IMG/VR virus record: IMGVR_UViG_3300034107_000725
Location: 32,001 to 96,000 of that record
Source of the DNA: a virus
DNA length: 64,000 bases
Direction: 5' to 3' (one strand)
Numbering within the stretch: the stretch's first letter is position 1; each line of letters begins with the position of its first letter. Shown one piece after another: positions 10,222 through 19,356 of this stretch. A model generated the notes under the pieces. That model was not told the origin of the DNA and ran no database searches. It saw only the letters and a program-made list of their open reading frames with translations. The translations under genes and the position numbers were made by a program.

Positions 10222-10452
10222 ATGGGAATAGATAAGGCGAGTCAGCACGGCAAGCATTTTCGCAAGGTCGCGAAACTTGAGGCCATCAGACAGAAAAAGG
10301 GAGGACGATCACGTTACCGGGACACTCGGTTCTACAGTGAGCGTATGGTAAAGCGGCGAGCCAAGCAGGTAGCCGAAGAATTACACCACAAACGTCAGGA
10401 AGACCTAGAAAATGATGCAGCTGATTCGCGAGATAAGTCAATTCTTCGTTGA
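10222..10452 (+). CDS. Small basic hypothetical protein
   Basis: GAGG RBS; Arg/Lys-rich sequence. Confidence 0.55.
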   Translation: MGIDKASQHGKHFRKVAKLEAIRQKKGGRSRYRDTRFYSERMVKRRAKQVAEELHHKRQEDLENDAADSRDKSILR

Positions 10453-10837
10453 GATCTGGTTGGGCATTGCCTTCTGGTACACCACGATAGGTGTACGCAC
10501 AGGACAAAGGCTGGCAGGTCAAAAGATGGGTGAGATCAGGACAACCGGTGTGAAAACCGTTTGTCGCCGAGTCAACTTGCCTGCCAAGTTTGTTGTGACG
10601 GCGATGATCGAACCGGGCGATGGTACGCTGACTCTGTGTTGTCTTCCTGAGCCAGGCACTCACGGTGATATCACCTGGCTCAATCCTACTCAGATACAGA
10701 TTGGACCAGACGTCCGTGAGTTGATAGACTCTCCCAGCAGTCAGGTCATTGCGGACAAGTCACAAAGGCACCCAGCGGGTGAAACACTTTATCCTGCATG
10801 GCAGGAGAGAATCCAGTTTACAGTTAGGCTAAAATGA
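10412..10837 (+). CDS. Hypothetical protein (true start possibly downstream)
   Basis: Its stop overlaps the next ATG. Confidence 0.5.
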   Translation: MMQLIREISQFFVEIWLGIAFWYTTIGVRTGQRLAGQKMGEIRTTGVKTVCRRVNLPAKFVVTAMIEPGDGTLTLCCLPEPGTHGDITWLNPTQIQIGPDVRELIDSPSSQVIADKSQRHPAGETLYPAWQERIQFTVRLK

Positions 10838-11037
10838 CTATCTTTGAACCAGTTAACCAGCTAGAAGTTGATACGCCTAAAGGTCGTGCGTCAGTGTGGT
10901 TGGTAACGGAGTACGGAACGGAGACAGAAAAGGTTTTTACCTGTATCCTCAAAGAAACGGGTGAGATCTGGGAGTTCACCAACCACGATATCAAAGCAGT
11001 GATAAACATCACTTTTGGGCGAGGAACTGTTAAATGA
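10834..11037 (+). CDS. Small hypothetical phage protein
   Basis: Start and stop overlap both neighbours; VDTPKGRA...GEIWEF is a typical small beta-rich phage protein pattern. Confidence 0.6.
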   Translation: MTIFEPVNQLEVDTPKGRASVWLVTEYGTETEKVFTCILKETGEIWEFTNHDIKAVINITFGRGTVK

Positions 11038-12296
11038 TTGCAGGGCAGAAGATCCGGCTGGCCGGGTTTCGAGTTAGCGGTTTCGCTGCTCGGGATCTGG
11101 CCACGTTCCTTACCTGGCCTGATGTTGAGTTAGTTGCTGTTGCAGATGTAGACCAGCTGGCTGTTGATGCATTCTGTGGCCGGTATCCTGAAACGGTTGG
11201 TTTTCAGGACTATCGTCAGTTACTGGCTGAGTACGGTTCTGCACTGGATGCTGTGATTATTGCGACACCAGATCACATGCATGCACCGATGGCAGCAGCA
11301 GCAATGCAGCACGATTTAGCGGTTTATCTGCAAAAGCCTTTAACCCACACTGTGTATGAAGCAAGGCAGTTAAGCCAGATTGCAAAAGAGCGTAATCTGG
11401 TGACTCAAATGGGTATTCAGATACAGGCTTCCAGCGAGTATCGTACGGCTGTGCACTGGATTCGATCGGGAGTGATTGGGCAGGTTAAAGAGGTGCATAT
11501 CTGGAGCGGCGATAACTGGGGCGACGAGGCAGAAAAACCCATGGCAAATGATCCCGTACCCCAGACGCTTGATTGGGATGGCTGGCTGGGCGTGGCAGAG
11601 TATCGCCCGTATATTGACAGATATTACACGCCGTATGAGTGGCGACGCCGTGTTGATTTTGGAACAGGTGCGATCGGGGATAAAGGTTGTCACTTATTCG
11701 ATCCGCTGTTTTGTGCTTTGGATCTAACTGCTCCAATCTCTGTTTGCAGCAAAGCCAAGCCACCAGGATATAACTGGCGACCACACAATCAAATCAACTA
11801 CACCTTTCCTGAGACAGACCAAACTAAAGGCCCGCTGCCCGTATATTGGTACGACGGTAACAACAAACCACCAAAGCACTTCAATCGCTTGTTTAACAAA
11901 CAGTGGTTTCCAGCTCACGGCTCAATTTGCGTAGGCACAGAAGGCTCGCTGTTTTTGGGTCATCTTTTTGAACCCGTAGTTGTAGGTGGACGACCCGGAC
12001 CAAGGCCTGTGCTGCCTGCGGGAAATCACTACCGCCAGTTTCTTGATGCCGTCAGGGGGCAGGGTAAAACCACAGCAGATTTTGAGTTCTCAGGACCGCT
12101 GACAGAGGCGGTCTTGTTAGGCTGTATTGCGTTGCGGTTTCCCGGAGTTGAGCTGCACTGGGATGCAAAAACGATGACGTTTCCAAACCACCCGGAGGCG
12201 AATGCATTCGTGCATAAAACTTACCGAAAGGGCTGGGAAGTTTCAGGAATCCTTGGCATAATACCTGAGACTTTTAACCACCAACACGGCTTCTAA
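11034..12296 (+). CDS. Gfo/Idh/MocA family oxidoreductase (Planctomycete-like), degenerate N-terminal Rossmann loop
   Basis: DAVIIATPDHMHAP, VYLQKPLTHTVYEAR, DWDGWLG, DFGTGAIGDKGCH. Confidence 0.85.
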   Translation: MIAGQKIRLAGFRVSGFAARDLATFLTWPDVELVAVADVDQLAVDAFCGRYPETVGFQDYRQLLAEYGSALDAVIIATPDHMHAPMAAAAMQHDLAVYLQKPLTHTVYEARQLSQIAKERNLVTQMGIQIQASSEYRTAVHWIRSGVIGQVKEVHIWSGDNWGDEAEKPMANDPVPQTLDWDGWLGVAEYRPYIDRYYTPYEWRRRVDFGTGAIGDKGCHLFDPLFCALDLTAPISVCSKAKPPGYNWRPHNQINYTFPETDQTKGPLPVYWYDGNNKPPKHFNRLFNKQWFPAHGSICVGTEGSLFLGHLFEPVVVGGRPGPRPVLPAGNHYRQFLDAVRGQGKTTADFEFSGPLTEAVLLGCIALRFPGVELHWDAKTMTFPNHPEANAFVHKTYRKGWEVSGILGIIPETFNHQHGF

Positions 12297-12311
12297 CCAA
12301 AAGAAGTTCTC

Positions 12312-12542
12312 ATGGCAACGAAGTACGTACAATTCACAAGCGTAGAGATTCGCCATCTCCAGGAAGTCTTGCAAGAATGTAAGTTGGTTGGCAATTATAG
12401 TGGCGAACGGGAACAATATTGGAAGCGGCATGATCGGATTGTCAATAAACTGTCAAACGGAACAACGGATAACCCAAACAGTATTCAAGAACACCGAGAG
12501 CGTGCGATTCAGAAACTAATCGAAGCCAATCGAGGACGTTGA
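12312..12542 (+). CDS. Hypothetical protein
   Basis: Colinear ORF in a small-gene cluster. Confidence 0.55.
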   Translation: MATKYVQFTSVEIRHLQEVLQECKLVGNYSGEREQYWKRHDRIVNKLSNGTTDNPNSIQEHRERAIQKLIEANRGR

Positions 12543-12543
12543 A

Positions 12544-12780
12544 ATGAGCAATGCCGAAGTGCCAGACAGCGAACTGCTTTGTGAAGAATGCGGTGATACG
12601 CTGGAAGACTGTGAGTGCGATGACGAGTTCTGTGACATTTGCGGCGGTCTGATTGGGGACTGCGACTGCGACGAAATCGACGACAGTGATTTCGACGACT
12701 ATGACTATTGTGTCGCCTGTGGTGATGAGATTGATAACTGTCAATGCTCCGAAGAGGAAGAGGAAGACGAAGAGGAGTGA
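12544..12780 (+). CDS. Highly acidic Cys-rich protein with three CxxCG-x5-CxC repeats
   Basis: CEECGDTLEDCEC, CDICGGLIGDCDC, CVACGDEIDNCQC; poly-Glu tail. Confidence 0.65.
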   Translation: MSNAEVPDSELLCEECGDTLEDCECDDEFCDICGGLIGDCDCDEIDDSDFDDYDYCVACGDEIDNCQCSEEEEEDEEE

Positions 12781-12867
12781 TCCGTCACTCCTGATTGTTT
12801 GACGAATGCAGCTTGTTGCTCATTCATGGTTGGTGCAATCTCCGTTGCGTTTTGAGGAAGGATAGTA

Positions 12868-13077
12868 GTGTTTATGATCACGCTAGCAGACATCGCAGGT
12901 ATTCGTGACCAGTACGAAGGCAAGGCAGTGGCTTTGGCTTTGTGGAACGAACGTAACAAAGAAGTGACTGGCATGGTTTGCCACGTTGAGGGTGATGTAG
13001 AAACCTCAAGGCAGCTGTGGCAGGACATCCCTGGCACCGTCTTCATGACGGAAAGCAATGAAGGGGGAGCAGAATGA
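12868..13077 (+). CDS. Hypothetical protein
   Basis: GAGGAAGG upstream; its stop overlaps the next start. Confidence 0.55.
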   Translation: MFMITLADIAGIRDQYEGKAVALALWNERNKEVTGMVCHVEGDVETSRQLWQDIPGTVFMTESNEGGAE

Positions 13078-13457
13078 ACAGCATTTTCGCTGCCCGCAGA
13101 CAGTACTTCAAACACAAGAGAATTTCGATGGATCTCAAAGACCACACGCCTACAACAGAAATTCTACGGTTAACAGTAGATCGTCTGGTAGACGCGTACA
13201 ACAAATATGGTAAGGCACAGGATCCCAACTGGCAGCCAGCCACTGCCGAAGAGTGGATCAGGACTTCAAGGCAGTTCTTCGTGTACGATCAGCTGAGAAA
13301 GATAAATATCGTACCAGGCGAAGTCAACCTGAGTTCAGCCTATGGTGAACCTGTCTGTAGCGGTTCTCCCTTGCTGGGTACAGCCTGCGGCAAGTGCGAA
13401 CGCTGTGCAATTGCAAACCGTAAGAACATACGACGACGTAAGCACAAGTCAACTTGA
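13074..13457 (+). CDS. Hypothetical protein with a C-terminal C-x8-CxxCxxC motif
   Basis: VCSGSPLLGTACGKCERC. Confidence 0.6.
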   Translation: MNSIFAARRQYFKHKRISMDLKDHTPTTEILRLTVDRLVDAYNKYGKAQDPNWQPATAEEWIRTSRQFFVYDQLRKINIVPGEVNLSSAYGEPVCSGSPLLGTACGKCERCAIANRKNIRRRKHKST

Positions 13458-13483
13458 TTTAAAGCCACTGATCAAGTTGACTT
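13446..13483. repeat. Perfect 13-bp inverted repeat
   Basis: AAGTCAACTTGAT (13446-13458), 12-nt spacer, ATCAAGTTGACTT (13471-13483). Confidence 0.85.
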
Positions 13484-13488
13484 TACTT

Positions 13489-13516
13489 TTGCCACCACTC
13501 CTCCCAGTGGTGGCAA
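13489..13516. repeat. Perfect 11-bp inverted repeat (hairpin)
   Basis: TTGCCACCACT, loop CCTCCC, AGTGGTGGCAA. Confidence 0.85.
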
Positions 13517-13538
13517 TTTAATTACTACAGGAGAGAAA

Positions 13539-13772
13539 ATGACTGAGACACTTGAGAAGAAGATTCGTAAAGCAGTTGCCAAGCACTACGAGCCTGTGCA
13601 GGTATGTTATCCAGCTGATCGACAGAACGACGCGGGATATCAGTTGATTGGTGGGCAGTGGTGTTATCCGCTGGATGGGTGCGATGCGGTTGAGAACATG
13701 ATTGATACGCTTGTGCTGGTTTTAACGAACTCGAGGGTTATACTCACAGGAACAGAGGAGGAAGTGCGATGA
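13539..13772 (+). CDS. Hypothetical protein
   Basis: AGGAG RBS; its stop overlaps the next start. Confidence 0.65.
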   Translation: MTETLEKKIRKAVAKHYEPVQVCYPADRQNDAGYQLIGGQWCYPLDGCDAVENMIDTLVLVLTNSRVILTGTEEEVR

Positions 13773-14086
13773 ACGATGCAATCTCTATCATGCTGGTAAC
13801 ACTGAGTGTGTCAGCGGTATGGGCAGCTTATCTGGCTCCGTGGATACGTAGATGTTCAGTGAACACGGATGAGTTGAACATCGACTTGGCACGGGCAAAG
13901 AGAGACCTACGTGAGTTGCAGTTGAAGCTGTGCATCTCACGACTCAAGTTTCGGTTGGTGACAGCAGAGCTTAATAGACAACGAAGGGATTCAGATGTCA
14001 TACAAGCCGAGATACCAAGTGAAACCGAAACAGTTGAACTCACGGTTTCTGACGTTGGTGGAGACGGAGACGATAAGGGGATCTGA
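13769..14086 (+). CDS. Membrane-anchored coiled-coil protein
   Basis: GAGGAGG RBS; N-terminal hydrophobic helix followed by a heptad-like segment. Confidence 0.6.
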   Translation: MNDAISIMLVTLSVSAVWAAYLAPWIRRCSVNTDELNIDLARAKRDLRELQLKLCISRLKFRLVTAELNRQRRDSDVIQAEIPSETETVELTVSDVGGDGDDKGI

Positions 14087-14279
14087 GGTATCGCTGGAAG
14101 ACTTGGCAGACATCCTGACAGCTGCGATTGATAGTGGTGTAGTGAGTCCACCTGTAGAGGCGTTGGTCACACCGCTGGGAGCGTATGCCAAGGACAAGTG
14201 GGGCAATCTCCTACTCAAGCCTCGTGGCGACAAGGTGCCGGGATACACGGACAAAGACTGGGTACACTACAGGAAGTAA
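13995..14279 (+). CDS. Hypothetical protein (start uncertain, overlaps upstream gene)
   Basis: Only plausible plus-strand ORF filling 14086-14279. Confidence 0.4.
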   Translation: MSYKPRYQVKPKQLNSRFLTLVETETIRGSEVSLEDLADILTAAIDSGVVSPPVEALVTPLGAYAKDKWGNLLLKPRGDKVPGYTDKDWVHYRK

Positions 14280-14308
14280 ACTGGGTTTATTCTCAACTGG
14301 GCAGGACG

Positions 14309-14722
14309 ATGAAAACTCGAAAACAGTTTAACAAACAAACTCAGTCAGGGCCGAATGCCGCCTCACAGCCTCGCGTCCTCGAGCTGCTTGAGTGGCCTGC
14401 TGTACACCACTCAAGCAGACGCTATGAGGTCTGTAGGCTCTACGACACGAGTCCGGACGCCCTCCCAAGTTTAATTTGCGAACAGTGGGAGCAGGTTTCA
14501 AACCCGGAATTTAACCATCTTATTCTTCAACCCATACCCAGCATGCAGTCATTGGCTCGACGTTGGGCAGATCGCTTCAGCAGACTTGGACACAGCCGAA
14601 ATGTTCTGGCATACTTGACCGGGCCAGAGATTAAAGAAACGGTTGTCACGCTCTACCGGCCAGTGTGCACAGAGATTGACAAGGCTTTTCTCTGCTTCTA
14701 CTACCTTCACTACAGAGACTAA
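14309..14722 (+). CDS. Hypothetical protein
   Basis: AGGA RBS before ATG 14309, within ORF 14198..14722. Confidence 0.55.
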   Translation: MKTRKQFNKQTQSGPNAASQPRVLELLEWPAVHHSSRRYEVCRLYDTSPDALPSLICEQWEQVSNPEFNHLILQPIPSMQSLARRWADRFSRLGHSRNVLAYLTGPEIKETVVTLYRPVCTEIDKAFLCFYYLHYRD

Positions 14723-14724
14723 AG

Positions 14725-15480
14725 ATGCCTATACGCACTGACTCGGTTTCAAGCCTACCCAAGTTTGAACTCCCGATCGTGATACCGGTGTTCAACGGTG
14801 TGACCTACCTCTCAAATACGATCGACTTCTTCAAGGCTCGCGGCTTTGACGAGTACTTGATCTTGAACAACGGGTCAGCGTATCCACCGTTGGAAGAGTA
14901 TCTCAGCAAAGTGCCGGACGGTGTCACTGTGCTGGACCTGCCACACAACCCAGGACCGCGAGTTTTCAACGATCCTGGAATCTACAGCAGACTGCCAGAG
15001 CAGTTTATCCTGACAGACCCTGACTTGGGATTTAAGCCTGAGCTGGATAGGGAATCTGTCCTGCACCTGTTCGAACTGTGCGAGCAGTACAAGCGGTATA
15101 AGCTGGGTTGTGCTCTAAATATCTGGACCGAGGAACCGAGCTGCGTCGATACAGACATAACTACAAAGAAAGGTGAGACCACGATACGCAATATCGAGGA
15201 CAAGTATTACAGACAGTTCCTCGGGGTTACGAAGTACGGCGATACAATCTACGACGCTCCCATCGACACTACGTTCGCGGCTTACGATAAAAGATACTCT
15301 GCAGGTAAGGCTTCCGGAACAAGTGGACGTATCGTTGGTCGCTACTCGGCAGAACACTACGGCTGGTATGACGTGCCACCCATTCCGGCAGACGAATACG
15401 AATACTACAAGGTAGCCGTTAGTACGACTCAGTTTGCTTCCACAGAGTGGGTCAAGAGCGGTAAGAAGTACACATACTGA
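14725..15480 (+). CDS. GT2-like glycosyltransferase-family protein
   Basis: IVIPVFN, LILNNGS, FILTDPDL, APIDTTFA. Confidence 0.7.
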   Translation: MPIRTDSVSSLPKFELPIVIPVFNGVTYLSNTIDFFKARGFDEYLILNNGSAYPPLEEYLSKVPDGVTVLDLPHNPGPRVFNDPGIYSRLPEQFILTDPDLGFKPELDRESVLHLFELCEQYKRYKLGCALNIWTEEPSCVDTDITTKKGETTIRNIEDKYYRQFLGVTKYGDTIYDAPIDTTFAAYDKRYSAGKASGTSGRIVGRYSAEHYGWYDVPPIPADEYEYYKVAVSTTQFASTEWVKSGKKYTY

Positions 15481-15487
15481 GGTGCTC

Positions 15488-16096
15488 ATGCCGCACAAAA
15501 CGTCGATCAATCAGTTGGTGGAACATGTCTATTGTCTCAACCTGACAAGACGACCTGATCGATGGGCTATGGCTGAAGCCGAGTTTGGGAAAGCCGGTAT
15601 CACAGGCGTTGAAAAGTTTGTTGCAACAGATGGACAAAAAATGCACGCCAGCAAGCTCAAGCCAGGAGCGATGGGACTGACACACACGGTCATGCGAGTG
15701 TTTCACGACGCTGTGCAGAAGGATTATTCAAGCATCCTGATCTTGGAAGACGATGTTGAATTTGCCACAGATCTAAATGAGTCGTTGAGCTGGGCACCTG
15801 ATGACTGGGAAATATTACACTTTGGCGGCAACCACTCACGAGGCAAGCCGAAAAGGCTCAACAATAAGATTGCAGTACCTCACCAGACTTTGGCCTCGCA
15901 TGCCATTGCATTCAAAAGCTGCACGTATGCAAAACTGTTAAGTTTGCTGAACTACGAGAAACAGGTGGTGGATGTCACTTACTCTCGCAACTTGCATCAA
16001 TTCAAGAGCTACGTCTTCGTGCCGTCCATAGCGTGGCAGAAACCATCTTACAGTGATCTTGCAGAGGCGTTTGCCGACTACCCGTTCCTTAGGTAA
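15488..16096 (+). CDS. Glycosyltransferase family 25
   Basis: YCLNLTRRPDRW, FVATDG, ILILEDDVEF. Confidence 0.85.
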   Translation: MPHKTSINQLVEHVYCLNLTRRPDRWAMAEAEFGKAGITGVEKFVATDGQKMHASKLKPGAMGLTHTVMRVFHDAVQKDYSSILILEDDVEFATDLNESLSWAPDDWEILHFGGNHSRGKPKRLNNKIAVPHQTLASHAIAFKSCTYAKLLSLLNYEKQVVDVTYSRNLHQFKSYVFVPSIAWQKPSYSDLAEAFADYPFLR

Positions 16097-16173
16097 CAGC
16101 TGGGCTTGAGTGCAAGCCAAACGATTGTCACAATAAGAATCTAAGGTCAGTTGCCAACACAAGGAGGTGTGCG

Positions 16174-16818
16174 TTGCCATACAAATCAGAAGCTCAACGA
16201 CGCTACTTCAACGCTAATCGCGATAAGTTGGAAGCTGAAGGTGTTGACGTCGACGAATGGAACCAATCCAGTAAGGGTAAAAAAATGCCAGAAAAGACTG
16301 CAATCGAGAAGTTGGCTCGCTGTTGGAAAGGGTACGAACCAGTACCAGGCAAAGCACCCTACAGCGACGATAGCTGTCGCCCTAAAGGGTCAAAGGCTAA
16401 AAAAAAGGATGAGAAGCAGGCTTCTTTAATTCCGGATTTTAACAGTGTCCGAGGACTGGCCAAGCTAGCGGCTACCAGTGTGGCTTACAGCCTTGGAATG
16501 CCTGCGGCGTCATCGGCAATTGGTGCGGGCATGGGTTATCTTGGACATAAATTGTCTGATGCCATCCATCCTTATGAAGATGAGGATGATCGGAGACAAG
16601 CTCGTAATACCTCAATGCTGATGGGAGCGGGTGGAGGTTTGGGGCGAGGCATGTTACACGTAGCTATGCGAAATGCTAACCAAGCGTCCATGGATCCCGG
16701 AGCGTCGACATCCAAAGAGCGTCAGGCTGCGTTTGAGTTTAAGATGAGTCAGCGGGCAAAGGAAAACGCGGCAAAGGTTAATGCCGTGATGGAACGCATA
16801 AAAGCAACCGGCAAATAA
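16174..16818 (+). CDS. Putative virion protein with basic N-terminal modules, K-x-A motifs and a glycine-zipper hairpin
   Basis: MPYKSEAQRR and CWKGYEPVPG modules; KTA, KLA, KQA; GAGMGYL...GAGGGLG. Confidence 0.6.
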   Translation: MPYKSEAQRRYFNANRDKLEAEGVDVDEWNQSSKGKKMPEKTAIEKLARCWKGYEPVPGKAPYSDDSCRPKGSKAKKKDEKQASLIPDFNSVRGLAKLAATSVAYSLGMPAASSAIGAGMGYLGHKLSDAIHPYEDEDDRRQARNTSMLMGAGGGLGRGMLHVAMRNANQASMDPGASTSKERQAAFEFKMSQRAKENAAKVNAVMERIKATGK

Positions 16819-16842
16819 GTAGTTACACACAAGGATCAGATC

Positions 16843-18477
16843 ATGCCAACAGGTGAATTCTTAAAAAAGTTGCTCTTGACTGCGGGGGCACAAGCAAAGC
16901 CTCTTGCGTCAAGTGCCGCCAAGAATATCCTGCCGTCTGCTGTAGCAGGTACGGCAGGATATGCTGCAGCTCCTTCCCTGAGTGACTGGGCGGGTATTGA
17001 TACAGATATGGGCAGGAAAGTCAATCAGGCAGGTACGGCAGCAGCTTGGGCCTTGGCGGCATCACCGCAAGGGCGTATGCACATATTGACGAAAAGCAAC
17101 GTGCGGGGGTTGAACGATCTCAGTAAGTCTACTGGTAGATCTGTTAAAGAATTACTGGAGCAGGATCCAAACCTTGCTCGTAAGTTTGCTCCGATAAGGG
17201 GTCCGTTGCAAGCAGGGTTGGTAGGATCGTTACCAACAACAGCAGCCCACTACGGGGACTCATTTAGAGGATTAAAGAAAAAATTGGACTTGGCGGTTAA
17301 GACACACGCGGACGACCCAAACCTGTTTAACCCGGATTACCACGTTAATAAGCTATTTGACAAAGGTGTCAACAAGCTGCACGGTTACTTGCCGGGAGCA
17401 GGTACAGTGGCAGGCAGTGCTATCGGTAGTGGCTTAGGCGGTGGGATGGGGCGAATTATATCTAACATGCTCTTACCAGTGGGTCACGGTAATCATGATC
17501 CAATGGACGAAAAAGAATACTACCAACGACGGCGGCGTGAACGTATTCACAGTTTGGCAGGCCTGGCTGGCATGGTCGCAGGCGGTGGGCTGGGGGCACA
17601 CTTTGGTTCGCTGTATGCTCCAAATCTAGGCGAACGTATGCTTGCTAAAGCTCGACCGCTCATAGATCAGGCATACAAAACTCCGTTGCGTGATTTTGTT
17701 AGCGAGCAGACAAGTATGCCAAAGCTCCCGGACATGTCTCGGCTTGCTGGTTTAAGCAAGGCTAGCTCAATACGGGAACTGGCAGTTAAAGCCGCTTTCG
17801 ACACTGCGACAATCAAGGATAAGGCGACTCGCCTGGGAAAATCTGTATGGGGCCACACCAAGGATACGGGCAGATATCTTGCTGATATGCCCACACCGCA
17901 AGCTATGGTGGTTGGCTCCGGATTAGGTAGTGGTTTAGGTTACCTGCGACACTCGGTGCGAGAGTTGATAGACCCTGCGGAGAAAGAAGAGGATCGAAAG
18001 ATTCGGCGTAATGCCGCAATGATCAACGGTGCTATGTTTGGCGGCGGTGCTGTGTTAGCCCGCACCGGGATCAATCGATTTAGGGATTATAATAGTGAAA
18101 TGAGTAAGCTCAATGAGCAAGAAGCTAAGCTGGACAGCAGTTTGGCTGATTCAAACGCAAAAAGCATAGCAAAGCAAAAAGCCATGAAGTATCTTGAATC
18201 ACGCAGAGGTCAGCGGGAGTTGGCGGAGCACGAACGACCTTGGTCAATTAATTTTAATCGAGTTAAGCCAACAGCTTGGCCAAAAGAGGCTCTCAAAGCT
18301 ATAGCACCTTACAGCCCAGAGGCACAAGGATATGCCAATTGGTTGCAGGAACACTGGTGGAACGAGTCTGATCCAAACAAGTCCAAACTTGCGTTAGCTC
18401 TACAGGCCCTCGGCAGCGACAAACCAAAATCACCCGGGGCAAAGACAGAACCAGTCATGACCATGGGTGCAAAGTAA
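16843..18477 (+). CDS. Putative virion/ejection protein with several glycine-zipper hydrophobic segments
   Basis: Gly/Ala-rich GxxxG helices separated by charged loops; KAS and KAA motifs. Confidence 0.55.
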   Translation: MPTGEFLKKLLLTAGAQAKPLASSAAKNILPSAVAGTAGYAAAPSLSDWAGIDTDMGRKVNQAGTAAAWALAASPQGRMHILTKSNVRGLNDLSKSTGRSVKELLEQDPNLARKFAPIRGPLQAGLVGSLPTTAAHYGDSFRGLKKKLDLAVKTHADDPNLFNPDYHVNKLFDKGVNKLHGYLPGAGTVAGSAIGSGLGGGMGRIISNMLLPVGHGNHDPMDEKEYYQRRRRERIHSLAGLAGMVAGGGLGAHFGSLYAPNLGERMLAKARPLIDQAYKTPLRDFVSEQTSMPKLPDMSRLAGLSKASSIRELAVKAAFDTATIKDKATRLGKSVWGHTKDTGRYLADMPTPQAMVVGSGLGSGLGYLRHSVRELIDPAEKEEDRKIRRNAAMINGAMFGGGAVLARTGINRFRDYNSEMSKLNEQEAKLDSSLADSNAKSIAKQKAMKYLESRRGQRELAEHERPWSINFNRVKPTAWPKEALKAIAPYSPEAQGYANWLQEHWWNESDPNKSKLALALQALGSDKPKSPGAKTEPVMTMGAK

Positions 18478-18482
18478 CACTG

Positions 18483-18800
18483 TTGAAGTACTTTGAGTTC
18501 AAACCCATATCGATTCTGATGCTCGCCTTGTTTTCAAGCCCGTGTGGGCTGATTCTCCGAGCTTATCTACCGATTACCGCCTGGGTGTTGATCATGGGCG
18601 GTGTTTTCTTTGGTACATGGATTTCTGTGGTGGGTGATGGCTGGTTGCAGTATGTGTTATGCTCCGGCTGGTTCTGTCTGGGTTACGCTCTTTCAACCAA
18701 TGCTCCGGAGATTCACTATGCTAAGACCAACGCTTCACGAGCTGGGTATCCATCACCACACCGACAAAGCCGTTTATCACCTGTTCACCGTGATCTATGA
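18483..18800 (+). CDS. Small multi-pass membrane protein
   Basis: Three hydrophobic segments; its 3' end overlaps the next gene. Confidence 0.45.
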   Translation: MKYFEFKPISILMLALFSSPCGLILRAYLPITAWVLIMGGVFFGTWISVVGDGWLQYVLCSGWFCLGYALSTNAPEIHYAKTNASRAGYPSPHRQSRLSPVHRDL

Positions 18801-19356
18801 CACGTGGTTTTCAAAGATAAGAGACGAGCAGATTCGTTTGTTGGAGATAGGTGTTTTGATCGGCGGCTCGCTACGCATGTGGGAAGAGTACTTTCCAGGT
18901 GCTGAGATTCACGGAGTAGATATTGACGACAGGACAGAACATGCAACCTCCCGCATCTCTGTTTACCGTGCGGATCAAACCAAGATAGAAGATCTAGAGG
19001 CACTACCTCGAGATTGTCACATCATCGTTGACGACGGTGGCCATACGATGCTGCAACAGCAGATAACACTCAACACGTTGTTTGACAGTCATCTCCTACC
19101 GGGCGGCACCTACGTTCTTGAAGATCTGCACACCTCTGACGTGGAACACTATCCGAAGTGGGCAGCCTACGGTTCAAACATGAGAAACAACACACTAAAG
19201 CTGCTGGAAGATTTGCAACGAGGCGTACTTTCAGAGAATAATGAGTATTACATCAGTGGTGCTGATTTCTGTCGATTAAGGGATCAGATCGCTTTTATTG
19301 AGATCGTAAGGGTCAAAGCGGACTCAGTCACGTCACGCATCGTCAAGAAGACATGA
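18718..19356 (+). CDS. SAM-dependent O-methyltransferase (sugar/macrolide methyltransferase-like)
   Basis: HHTDK, LLEIGV...GSLRMWEEYFP, GVDID, IIVDDGGH, GGTYVLEDLHTS. Confidence 0.85.
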   Translation: MLRPTLHELGIHHHTDKAVYHLFTVIYDTWFSKIRDEQIRLLEIGVLIGGSLRMWEEYFPGAEIHGVDIDDRTEHATSRISVYRADQTKIEDLEALPRDCHIIVDDGGHTMLQQQITLNTLFDSHLLPGGTYVLEDLHTSDVEHYPKWAAYGSNMRNNTLKLLEDLQRGVLSENNEYYISGADFCRLRDQIAFIEIVRVKADSVTSRIVKKT

